Below are positions 1 through 7,999 of a stretch of 40,280 bases of DNA, piece after piece. Both the position numbers and the translations under genes were made by a program. Location of the stretch: positions 1-40,280 of the forward strand of contig CALVSD010000002.1 in the NCBI GenBank assembly GCA_944358805.1, in the 5' to 3' direction. The DNA comes from an uncultured Bacilli bacterium (lineage in GTDB: Bacteria > Bacillota_I > Bacilli_A > RF39 > UBA660). Below the pieces are notes generated by a model. It worked only from the letters and a program-made list of their open reading frames with translations, ran no database searches and had not been told where the DNA came from. Numbering within the stretch: the stretch's first letter is position 1; each line of letters starts with the position of its first letter.

Positions 1-15
1 GTATCATTAATAAAT

Positions 16-62
16 AAAATGTAGGAAAACCGACATTTATTTTTACCGATTTCCTACATTTT
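16..62 (+). terminator. 13-bp inverted repeat hairpin, possibly the terminator of a gene left of the window
   Basis: AAAATGTAGGAAA (16-28) pairs with TTTCCTACATTTT (50-62). The loop is 21 nt and the flank is T-rich. The large loop makes it a weak terminator candidate. Confidence 0.3.
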
Positions 63-322
63 ATTTTACCATTTACATCTTTAACTATTAAAAATGTTAA
101 TCACAGATGATCTTTTTTGTTTGTTTAAAAAAATTAATTAATTATATAGATATAAATATAAGATAAGAATTTGAAAAAATATAAACAAAATTCAGTTAAA
201 TTCATTTCTTATAAGCAAAAAAAGAAACCGATATAATCAGTCTCTAGTAACTTTTTATTACCATTTGTAACCTTACACAAAAGCTTTTTATATTTTTAAA
301 AAAATATATCTTATCTTTTATT

Positions 323-1159
323 TTATATTTTTTTCTTTATTAAAATTGGTAAAGCATTTAACATATATGAACATTGATCATTTTGCATTATATAATTTTG
401 AATTTCATGTTCCGCATTCTGCTTACAAGAATCATAAATTTCAATCTTTGGCTTTCTAGAGATACCCATTATATTATCAATTTCATCATGTCTCATTTCA
501 CGCTCTTCTTTAGTTATATTTCTTAACGCTGAAATCCTTTTATGCAATTCATTAAATTGTTCAATTTGATTAATTGTATATTGCATTCTTTGTAATTGAT
601 CTTTAGAAAACTTATTATCACTATTTAAACAAAACTCATAAGTACGCAACAACTCAAAAATTTGTCTTTTTCCTAACAATCCATTTAAAACCATAAATTC
701 CAATAAATCCATTTTTTTATCTATCATATCATATCTTTTGTAAAAATGATCCATGTCATCAAAATCCATCCTTTTAAAAGAACGATTCCAAACATCTAAA
801 AAAGAATAAATACCATAACATTCAAATTTTAAATTAACAGGATAATTTTTAATAACATATTCCATTAATTCTAAAGCAAAGTTTTGTGGATTTAAAGATA
901 AATTTCCAACAACATTCTCCTTTCGTTTATGTTCAATACCGGTTAATTCTTCCTTTAAATATATGTAAGTATTAGTAGCATTAATATCAAATGGCTTATT
1001 TAGTCTTTTAGTCTCGCTAGCTAATATTAATAATTTTAGAGTCTTTAATGCATTAATATCAGTTTGCCTAGATAAATAAATACCAAGATTATTTAAATTT
1101 TTCAAATCTTTTGTAATATCATTTAATATTGCTACACCACTTCTAACATAGTTTTGCAT
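323..1159 (-). CDS. hypothetical protein, 278 aa, no family recognised
   Basis: ATG at 1159 preceded by GGTGGGTG. A TTAGAA-18-TATAAT promoter-like sequence lies upstream. No transmembrane segment and no motif I can name. Stands alone between long AT-rich spacers. Confidence 0.6.
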   Translation of the reverse strand: MQNYVRSGVAILNDITKDLKNLNNLGIYLSRQTDINALKTLKLLILASETKRLNKPFDINATNTYIYLKEELTGIEHKRKENVVGNLSLNPQNFALELMEYVIKNYPVNLKFECYGIYSFLDVWNRSFKRMDFDDMDHFYKRYDMIDKKMDLLEFMVLNGLLGKRQIFELLRTYEFCLNSDNKFSKDQLQRMQYTINQIEQFNELHKRISALRNITKEEREMRHDEIDNIMGISRKPKIEIYDSCKQNAEHEIQNYIMQNDQCSYMLNALPILIKKKI

Positions 1160-1322
1160 AATTTACACCCACCAATCTAAATAATTACTCAATATTATAT
1201 CATATAATCAATAATTTTTCTAAAATATATAATAAAAAAAGATTACTTTTTATAAAACTTTCAAACGTGTCCACTATTACTCCAGGCAGATAGAAAACTT
1301 CAAGTCTTTTATGTTTAAATAA

Positions 1323-1817
1323 TTATTTTATTATAGTTAAAAATAAATCTATTAAAAATATCGCAATAAATATATATGTAACTTTATTAGGTATTTTCTT
1401 TATAAATTTATTTATAAAAGGATGAATTATATAAATAAATAATATGCTAAAAATCCCCCATATTAGTGATAAATCCAAACTTATATATTTACCTATATTA
1501 TATTTTTTATTATTATAATTCCATAACTCTATATTTAATAATTCCTTAAGAAGAAAACCTCCACTAAATTCAATTATAGTTAACAATATAGTAAAAATTA
1601 AAAATTGTAATAATACAGTAAAAAATTTATTAAAGTTCATTTTCTTTAGAATTTTTTTATTTGTTATTAATATAACTACTGCTCCTACTCCATATATTGG
1701 AGTAATAGGTCCATATAAAAAACCACTATGATTAGCAGAATCCATAAATTTATATACAAAAGATTCCATTAAAAATCCCAAAACAGAATACATAAAAAAA
1801 CAATTTATATAGTACAT
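1323..1817 (-). CDS. polytopic membrane protein, PF06541 (putative ABC-transporter type IV, DUF1113)-like
   Basis: N-terminal YSVLGFLMESFVYKF...GFLYGPITPIYGVGAVVI resembles the family signature. Paralogous to 35606..36268. The GTG at 1829 used by the ORF track lies inside the RBS AGGTGA, so ATG 1817 is preferred. Confidence 0.7.
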   Translation of the reverse strand: MYYINCFFMYSVLGFLMESFVYKFMDSANHSGFLYGPITPIYGVGAVVILITNKKILKKMNFNKFFTVLLQFLIFTILLTIIEFSGGFLLKELLNIELWNYNNKKYNIGKYISLDLSLIWGIFSILFIYIIHPFINKFIKKIPNKVTYIFIAIFLIDLFLTIIK

Positions 1818-1870
1818 ATTAATAATCACCTATTAATATTTTGTATTATATAAATTATTTTATTCACAAG

Positions 1871-3010
1871 CTATCTTAATTCAGTTTTACCAGTTTGAGT
1901 ATATCCTTCTAAACTTTTTTCTTTTGACCATTTAATATCATCATAATTATTTTTTAATTCAAATTTCCTATATAATGTTACGTTTTCATCACTTGTATTT
2001 ATTGTTTTATATGATGAATATGATGAAGCATTATCAGTTAAATCTCTTACACACTCATTTGGATCAGTGTATTGTATAGTAAAATAAAACGGTATAAAAT
2101 AAACAGATTTTTTACTAGTTCTATCATAATAAGGTTTAACATTATTAGCATTTTTTACACTAATATTTATATACGCATAATAATAATTACTTTCTTTTTT
2201 TATTGAATCAACAGAAAAACTAAAATTACTAGATTTAAGTGAAGAATCTCTATACACATAAATATTAGGAACAGTAACATTATAATTTGGTAGTCCACTA
2301 ATAATAGATAAGTTTTTTTGAACTAAATAAGAACTATAATAATGAAGAGTATCATCAAAATATCCCTTATCTGATACTTTTGCATATATTTCTCCATTAG
2401 GTAGACCAAATAATTTTACTTTATATGTATATGATTTTTTTAAATTTAAATCAATGTAACTAGTAAAATAATAATTAGATGTTTTATTTTTACAAAATGA
2501 AGAAACTGATACTAATTCTTCTTTACTTTCAACATTTTCTCCTTCTATTTTTTCTAGTTGCCATGCACTATATTCTTTTTCTACTTTTACATATTCATAA
2601 TAAATTTCTTTTTTTATATCTATTTTTTCATTTTTAGTATTATTATCACACTCTAAATTTATTACTAACTCATAATGGTCTTCTAGGCTAGTTATTTCAG
2701 CATAACTATTTTGTTCATCACATGATTTTCCTTTTTTATCTTTTAATTGTTCAATCAAATTATTTTTTATCATGTCTGATAAAGTCAATTTCACTTTTTC
2801 ATCAACATTTTTAGGAAGTTTATCATCCTTAAAGTAATTTAGGGAAACTTCTTTCATTGTTTTAAAGTTTGTATTAAAAATATCATTATTGTTATTCTTA
2901 GATATAAATATCATTATTACAATAGCAACACAAAGAATCAAAAAAATAATTATTCCTAGTTTTATCATAAATGAAACTTTATCAAATTTAAAATCTACCT
3001 CTTCATACAT
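1871..3010 (-). CDS. N-terminally membrane-anchored Asn/Lys/Tyr-rich hypothetical protein
   Basis: One transmembrane segment (LGIIIFLILCVAIVIMIFI) followed by a roughly 330-aa extracytoplasmic part. ATG 3010 has GGAGGA 7 nt upstream. The ATG at 3025 used by the ORF track overlaps that RBS. Confidence 0.6.
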   Translation of the reverse strand: MYEEVDFKFDKVSFMIKLGIIIFLILCVAIVIMIFISKNNNNDIFNTNFKTMKEVSLNYFKDDKLPKNVDEKVKLTLSDMIKNNLIEQLKDKKGKSCDEQNSYAEITSLEDHYELVINLECDNNTKNEKIDIKKEIYYEYVKVEKEYSAWQLEKIEGENVESKEELVSVSSFCKNKTSNYYFTSYIDLNLKKSYTYKVKLFGLPNGEIYAKVSDKGYFDDTLHYYSSYLVQKNLSIISGLPNYNVTVPNIYVYRDSSLKSSNFSFSVDSIKKESNYYYAYINISVKNANNVKPYYDRTSKKSVYFIPFYFTIQYTDPNECVRDLTDNASSYSSYKTINTSDENVTLYRKFELKNNYDDIKWSKEKSLEGYTQTGKTELR

Positions 3011-3039
3011 AAAATCATCCTCCATAATGAGTATTTATT

Positions 3040-3068
3040 ATTCTATCATAGTAATAAAGTCCTGTCAA
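3040..3068 (-). promoter_or_regulatory. sigma-A type promoter, TTGACA-17 nt-TAGAAT, for the 1871..3010 gene
   Basis: On the minus strand, TTGACA is at 3068..3063, the spacer is exactly 17 nt, and TAGAAT is at 3045..3040. It lies about 30 nt upstream of the start codon. The -35 hexamer is part of repeat copy 1. Confidence 0.6.
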
Positions 3069-3130
3069 ATTAAACCTTATAACTGTCAAATTAAACCTTA
3101 TATCAGTCCTGTCAAATTAAAACTTATAAC
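3061..3130. repeat. three tandem direct repeats of about 22 bp, CTGTCAAATTAAA(C/A)CTTATA
   Basis: Copies at 3061-3082, 3083-3103 and 3108-3130, with offsets of 22 and 25 bp. They are near-identical, and each reads TTGACAG on the minus strand. Confidence 0.85.
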
Positions 3131-3168
3131 AAAAAGATAATTAATCTAAATTGACTAATTATCTTTTT
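3131..3168 (-). terminator. rho-independent terminator of infB
   Basis: The AAGATAATTA / TAATTATCTT stem overlaps the infB stop codon and is followed by a T-run on the minus strand. Confidence 0.6.
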
Positions 3169-5216
3169 ATTTCACATATTTCATATGCTTCTATTATATC
3201 TTTTTCTTTAATATCATTAAAGTTTTCTATGGTAATACCACATTCTAATCCTTGTTTTACTTCTTTAACTTGATCTTTTTCTCTTGCTATTGAATTAATA
3301 TTACCATCATATACAATAACACCATCTCTAATTATTCTAGCTTTAGCATCTCTTTTAATAATTCCGTCAGTTACATAAGATCCTGCAATTGTACCTACTT
3401 TAGAGAACTTAAATAACTTTCTAACTTCTGCTGTACCTATAACTTTTTCTTCGTATTCAGGATCTAATTGACCTTTCATAGCATCTTCCATTTCTTCTAC
3501 TACTTTGTAAATGATATTATATAATCTAATATCAACATTCTTTTCTTTTGCATATTCCATAGTTTTATTATTTGGTCTTATGTTAAATCCAATAATAATA
3601 GCATTAGAGGCTGAAGCTAATACTATATCACTTTCTGTTACAGTACCTATACCACTTCTGATAACATTAATTTTTACACCTTCAACATCTATTTTCAATA
3701 AAGAATTTTTAACTGCTTCTTCACTACCTTTAACGTCTGCTTTTAACACAACATTAATTTCTTTACATCCTGAATTTATTCTTGAAAATAAATCATCTAA
3801 ACTAACTGAAGTAGTAGTTTTATTATTTCTTATTTTTTCATTTGCCTTTCTTTGCTCTGCTATACTTCTAGCCTTCTTTTCATTTTCAAATACCATGAAT
3901 TTATCTCCAGCAGATGGACTTTCGTTTAATCCTGTAATAGTTACTGGCATTGAAGGATCCGCTTCTACTAAGTTTTCTCCTCTATCATTTTTTAATGTTC
4001 TAACTCTTCCATGTGCATTACCTACAACTATATTATCACCAAGTCTAAGTGTTCCATTTTGAATAAGTAAAGTAGCTACTACACCTAAACTTTTATCCAT
4101 TTTTGATTCTATTACAGTTCCTTTAGCATAACGATTAGGATTTGCTTTTAATTCTTCTATTTCACTAATTAATAATATTCTTTCTAATAAGTCATCTATT
4201 CCCATACCAGTTTTAGCAGAGATATTAACAAACATTACATCTCCACCCCATTCTTCTGGTGTTATTCCATTTTGGGCCATCTCTGTAAGAACTCTTTCTG
4301 GATTAGCATCAGGTTTATCCATTTTATTTACAGCAACGATTATTGGAACATTAGCAGCCTTAGCATGATCGATTGCTTCTTTAGTTTGTGGCATTACACC
4401 ATCATCCGCTGCTACAATAATTATTACAATATCTGTAACACTGGCTCCTCTTGCACGCATTTCTGTAAATGCAGCATGTCCTGGAGTATCAATAAAAGTT
4501 AATCTCTTACCATTATAGTTTATTTGATATGCACCAATTGCTTGTGTAATTCCTCCCGCTTCTCCACTAGCTACATTTGTTTTTCTAATAGTATCTAATA
4601 AAGTAGTTTTACCATGGTCTACATGTCCCATAATAGTTATAACTGGAGCTCTTTCTACTAAGTCTTCTTCTTTTTCTTCAATTTCTAAATCTTCAAAATT
4701 AACTTCATCTCTTGTAGTATCACTTTTTAAAGTTTTACCATAATCTGACACTATTATTTCAGCAGTATCAAAATCAATACTACTGTTAAGAGTTAGCATC
4801 ATTCCAAGACCCATTATCTTTTTTAAAATTTCTCCAACTCCAACATTTAACGAATTTGCAAGTTCAGATACAGTCATACCTTCACTATAAACAACTATGT
4901 TTTCATCATCATTTACTGTATTTGACATCAATTTTTCTTTATGTTTATACATTTCTTTTCTTTGTTTACGAAAATCTTCTTTGTTTTCTTTTTTATTATT
5001 GATGTTATTTTTTTTCTTTTTTCTAACTATATTTTCTTTTGGTTGCTCTACTTCTTCTTCACCCATATTTGCAATCTCATTATCTAACATAATTATTGCA
5101 TCATCATCTAACATATCATCTTCATTTGTTGCATTTATACTTAAAGTCTTACATAAATTTAATATTTCCTCAATACTTTTATTTACATCGATTGAATATT
5201 CTTTTACACTCATCAT
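3159..5216 (-). CDS. infB: translation initiation factor IF-2
   Basis: GTPase motifs [14 protein letters not shown] and NKMD, plus the IF-2 C-terminal domains. ATG 5216 has GGAGGTGA 5 nt upstream. The TTG used by the ORF track lies inside the RBS. Confidence 0.95.
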   Translation of the reverse strand: MMSVKEYSIDVNKSIEEILNLCKTLSINATNEDDMLDDDAIIMLDNEIANMGEEEVEQPKENIVRKKKKNNINNKKENKEDFRKQRKEMYKHKEKLMSNTVNDDENIVVYSEGMTVSELANSLNVGVGEILKKIMGLGMMLTLNSSIDFDTAEIIVSDYGKTLKSDTTRDEVNFEDLEIEEKEEDLVERAPVITIMGHVDHGKTTLLDTIRKTNVASGEAGGITQAIGAYQINYNGKRLTFIDTPGHAAFTEMRARGASVTDIVIIIVAADDGVMPQTKEAIDHAKAANVPIIVAVNKMDKPDANPERVLTEMAQNGITPEEWGGDVMFVNISAKTGMGIDDLLERILLISEIEELKANPNRYAKGTVIESKMDKSLGVVATLLIQNGTLRLGDNIVVGNAHGRVRTLKNDRGENLVEADPSMPVTITGLNESPSAGDKFMVFENEKKARSIAEQRKANEKIRNNKTTTSVSLDDLFSRINSGCKEINVVLKADVKGSEEAVKNSLLKIDVEGVKINVIRSGIGTVTESDIVLASASNAIIIGFNIRPNNKTMEYAKEKNVDIRLYNIIYKVVEEMEDAMKGQLDPEYEEKVIGTAEVRKLFKFSKVGTIAGSYVTDGIIKRDAKARIIRDGVIVYDGNINSIAREKDQVKEVKQGLECGITIENFNDIKEKDIIEAYEICEIKR

Positions 5217-5234
5217 ATAAATCACCTCCAAAGT

Positions 5235-5495
5235 TTATTTATTTATAATATCTCTTAACTCCTCATACACTTCATTTGGTATTTCTACTTCTAGTTTTCT
5301 TCCTAAAATATTACTTTTAATTGCTTTATCTAATACTTCATTATCTTTTTTAATATATGCACCATGTCCATTAACTTTTCCTGTTAAATCTACGACAACA
5401 TTTTCTTTAGTTCTAACAATCCTAATTAACTCCTGTTTAGGCAATTGTTCTTTAGAAACAATACAAGTACGCATTGGTATTCTTCTTTGTTTCAT
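5235..5495 (-). CDS. ylxR: YlxR/DUF448 family RNA-binding protein
   Basis: The RTCIVSKEQLPKQELIRIV motif and its position between nusA and infB. Confidence 0.85.
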   Translation of the reverse strand: MKQRRIPMRTCIVSKEQLPKQELIRIVRTKENVVVDLTGKVNGHGAYIKKDNEVLDKAIKSNILGRKLEVEIPNEVYEELRDIINK

Positions 5496-5498
5496 TTA

Positions 5499-6545
5499 TT
5501 ATTCTACATCTCCAACTTTTTTTACATCTATTTTATAATGAGTAAGCCTAGATGCTAATTTAACATTTTGTCCTTTTTTACCAATAGCTAATGAGAAATT
5601 ATCTTCATTAACAATAGCAAGTGCTTCTTTCTTCTTTTCATCTAAAATACGTACTTCTATATCTTTAGCAGGAGATAATGCATTGGCTATAAATGTAGCA
5701 GGATCTTTATCATATAATATAATATCTATTTTTTCTCCGTTTATTTGTTTTAAAACTCTATTAATTCTACTTCCTTTTTCCCCAATTATAGCTCCAAGTG
5801 GATCTATATTACTAAATTCTGAATATACAGCAATTTTACTTCTTGAACCAGCTTCTCTTGCTACAGAATATAAAATTACAGATCCATCACTTAATTCAGG
5901 TATTTCTAACTCTAGTAATCTCTTTAAGAAACCATAGTGCTTTCTAGATAATAATATAAATACTCCTTTAGTACCAATATCAAGTTTAGATACATATACC
6001 TTAACTGAAGAACCCATTTCTAATTTTTCTCCTGGAATTATTTCATCTTTAGGTAAAATACCATGAGTTCTTCCTAAATCTACATAATAGTTATTAGCAT
6101 CTTCTCTAGATAAGATACCTACTAATAATTCATCTTGCTTATCTTTAAATTCTTCTGTTATATTATTTTTTTCTGCTTCTTTGATTCTTTGAACCACTAC
6201 TTGTTTAGCAGTACCTGCTGCTACTCTACCAAAATCAGTTAATTCTTCATCTTTTTCGATTGTTTCTCCAATATTAATATCAGGTACTATTTTTCTAGCA
6301 TCTTCTAAACTAATTTCAATTCTATCATCATTTACTTCTTCTACGACTGTTTTAAATGAACATAATCTAATTTCTCCAGTTTCAGGATTTACTGTACATT
6401 TTCCATTAGGGTTGCCAGTTTTCTTTTTAAAAGCTGCTACCATTGCTTGTTCCATTGCTTCAATTACAATAGATTTGTCTATTCCTTTTTCTTTAATAAT
6501 ACTATCTAATGCTGTTAAAAATTCTTTAATCTGTTTACTATTCAT
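5499..6545 (-). CDS. nusA: transcription termination/antitermination factor NusA
   Basis: N-terminal domain, S1 and two KH regions (AREAGSRSKIAV, IGKKGQNVKLASRL). Synteny with rimP and infB. Confidence 0.95.
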   Translation of the reverse strand: MNSKQIKEFLTALDSIIKEKGIDKSIVIEAMEQAMVAAFKKKTGNPNGKCTVNPETGEIRLCSFKTVVEEVNDDRIEISLEDARKIVPDINIGETIEKDEELTDFGRVAAGTAKQVVVQRIKEAEKNNITEEFKDKQDELLVGILSREDANNYYVDLGRTHGILPKDEIIPGEKLEMGSSVKVYVSKLDIGTKGVFILLSRKHYGFLKRLLELEIPELSDGSVILYSVAREAGSRSKIAVYSEFSNIDPLGAIIGEKGSRINRVLKQINGEKIDIILYDKDPATFIANALSPAKDIEVRILDEKKKEALAIVNEDNFSLAIGKKGQNVKLASRLTHYKIDVKKVGDVE

Positions 6546-6546
6546 T

Positions 6547-6798
6547 TTATACTCCTCTTTCCTTTGAAGAAATATCTAATATATAACTTTCTTCAATAAT
6601 ATCATTTTCGTCTAATATTGGATTAATAATATTTGTTACTTCTACACAAGTATCAACATCAATAGGTACTTCTCTATCAATAGTTATTCTAAGAAAATTA
6701 TTATTTCCTTCTTTTTCATAGATAACACTATCAATAGTTACACCAATTTCATTTACTTTCTCTTCTACTAAATCTCTTACTTTTTTTTCTATATCCAT
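6547..6798 (-). CDS. rimP: ribosome maturation factor RimP, N-terminal domain only (83 aa)
   Basis: Resembles the RimP N-domain up to the YxLEVSSPG-like motif (YILDISSKERGV), then stops 1 nt before the nusA ATG. ATG 6798 follows GGAGG. Confidence 0.75.
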   Translation of the reverse strand: MDIEKKVRDLVEEKVNEIGVTIDSVIYEKEGNNNFLRITIDREVPIDVDTCVEVTNIINPILDENDIIEESYILDISSKERGV

Positions 6799-6908
6799 AT
6801 ATACCTCCAATAATAAAGAGTGGTACTTTTTGCGCCACTCTCCTTCCTCAAGTTATCTGTATTATATCATATATTATTAATAAAAACAAGCAAATTTTAA
6901 TTAAACAG

Positions 6909-6937
6909 TTGAAATTTATTAATTTTTGTTATATACT
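6909..6937 (+). promoter_or_regulatory. sigma-A type promoter, TTGAAA-17 nt-TATACT, for tRNA-Arg
   Basis: TTGAAA at 6909-6914, a 17-nt spacer, and TATACT at 6932-6937, 20 nt before the mature tRNA 5' end. Confidence 0.6.
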
Positions 6938-6957
6938 ATTAAATGTATTTATGAGAT

Positions 6958-7034
6958 GCGCCCATAGCTCAATTGGATAGAGCGTTTGGCTACGGACCAA
7001 AAGGTTTGGGGTTCGAATCCCTATGGGCGCGCCA
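6958..7034 (+). tRNA. tRNA-Arg (anticodon ACG), CCA encoded
   Basis: Hand-folded cloverleaf: acceptor GCGCCCA/TGGGCGC, D stem GCTC/GAGC, anticodon stem TTTGG/CCAAA with loop CTACGGA, T loop TTCGAAT, and a 3' GCCA. Confidence 0.95.
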
Positions 7035-7045
7035 TTATGTTTGTT

Positions 7046-7069
7046 AAGACACATATATGTGTCTTTTTT
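7046..7069 (+). terminator. rho-independent terminator after tRNA-Arg
   Basis: Perfect palindrome AAGACACATATATGTGTCTT followed by TTTT. Overlaps the dapF stop codon. Confidence 0.7.
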
Positions 7070-7907
7070 ATATTGCCAAGACTCCTTCAAACACTGTTAC
7101 AGCAGGTCCAGTCATATAAACGTGATTATTTTCGTCTGACCACTCTATTTCTAATATTCCTCCTAAAAGATGAACAAAAACTTTACGACTAGTATATTCA
7201 TTTATAACCGATGCTACTACCGAAGCACAAGCACCTGTTCCACAAGCTAATGTTTCTCCTGCGCCTCTTTCCCATACTCTCATACTAACATTATTTTTAT
7301 CTACTATATTTATAAATTCTACATTTGTTCTCTGAGGAAAAGCATCTAGATTTTCAATTATCTTACCGTATTTTTGCACATCAAAATTTTTAACTTCATC
7401 ATTTATGAAAGTTACCGCATGTGGATTACCCATAGATACACAAGTGAAACTAAAATTTTTATCTAACACTTTAAGATTCAAATTATTTTTAATATTATCT
7501 TCACATATTACTGGTATTTTTTTATGTTCTAATATAGGTTCACCCATATCTACTTTTACTTTTATAACTTCATCATTTTCTACGATCAAATCTAACAATT
7601 TTATACCTGATAAAGTTTCAATTTTTAACTTTGTTTTTTTTGTTAAACCTTTATCATAAACAAACTTACCAACACACCTTATACCATTTCCGCACATTTC
7701 TGCTTCAGACCCATCACTATTAAACATTTGCATTTTAAAGTCTGCAATTTTACTTTTGCATATTAATATTAATCCATCTGAACCTACTCCAAAATGTCTA
7801 TCACTTATATATTTTGCTAATTCTGATTTATTTTCTATTTTTTGATTTATTGCATCTATATATACATAATCATTTCCTAGTCCATGCATTTTAGTAAATT
7901 TTATCAT
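7068..7907 (-). CDS. dapF: diaminopimelate epimerase
   Basis: [13 protein letters not shown], and both catalytic Cys motifs (MCGNGIRC and ACGTGACAS). The start is uncertain: ATGs at 7925, 7916 and 7907, with 7907 best matching the usual N-terminus. Confidence 0.9.
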   Translation of the reverse strand: MIKFTKMHGLGNDYVYIDAINQKIENKSELAKYISDRHFGVGSDGLILICKSKIADFKMQMFNSDGSEAEMCGNGIRCVGKFVYDKGLTKKTKLKIETLSGIKLLDLIVENDEVIKVKVDMGEPILEHKKIPVICEDNIKNNLNLKVLDKNFSFTCVSMGNPHAVTFINDEVKNFDVQKYGKIIENLDAFPQRTNVEFINIVDKNNVSMRVWERGAGETLACGTGACASVVASVINEYTSRKVFVHLLGGILEIEWSDENNHVYMTGPAVTVFEGVLAI

Positions 7908-7971
7908 TTTGTTCATTCCTTTCATATTAAGTTTATGTTTACATTATAACAATTTATATAATTTAAGGCAA

Positions 7972-7999
7972 CAAAAAAATATACTAATTAAGTATATTT
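7972..7999 (-). terminator. weak AT-rich hairpin plus T-run after uvrA
   Basis: 9-bp stem AAATATACT / AGTATATTT with a 5-nt loop, followed by a T-run on the minus strand. Overlaps the uvrA stop. Confidence 0.4.

Noticed and set aside
270-290. Shared 8-mers AACCTTAC and AAAAGCTT near both window ends (270-290 and 40104-40123) as possible IS termini flanking the region
   Set aside because: The matches are only 8 bp, in a different order at the two ends, with no extended similarity. In DNA this AT-rich, that is within chance expectation.
3061-3130. Whether the three direct repeats could be a miniature CRISPR array
   Set aside because: The copies are contiguous or separated by only 0-4 nt, so there are no spacers. 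No cas genes or leader are present. The repeat contains a functional-looking -35 hexamer.
2889-3140. 83-aa plus-strand ORF spanning the start of the 1871 gene and the triple repeat
   Set aside because: Its C-terminal half is simply the translation of the tandem repeats (CQIKPYN CQIKPYI SPVKLKL). It has no RBS and overlaps a promoter region on the other strand.
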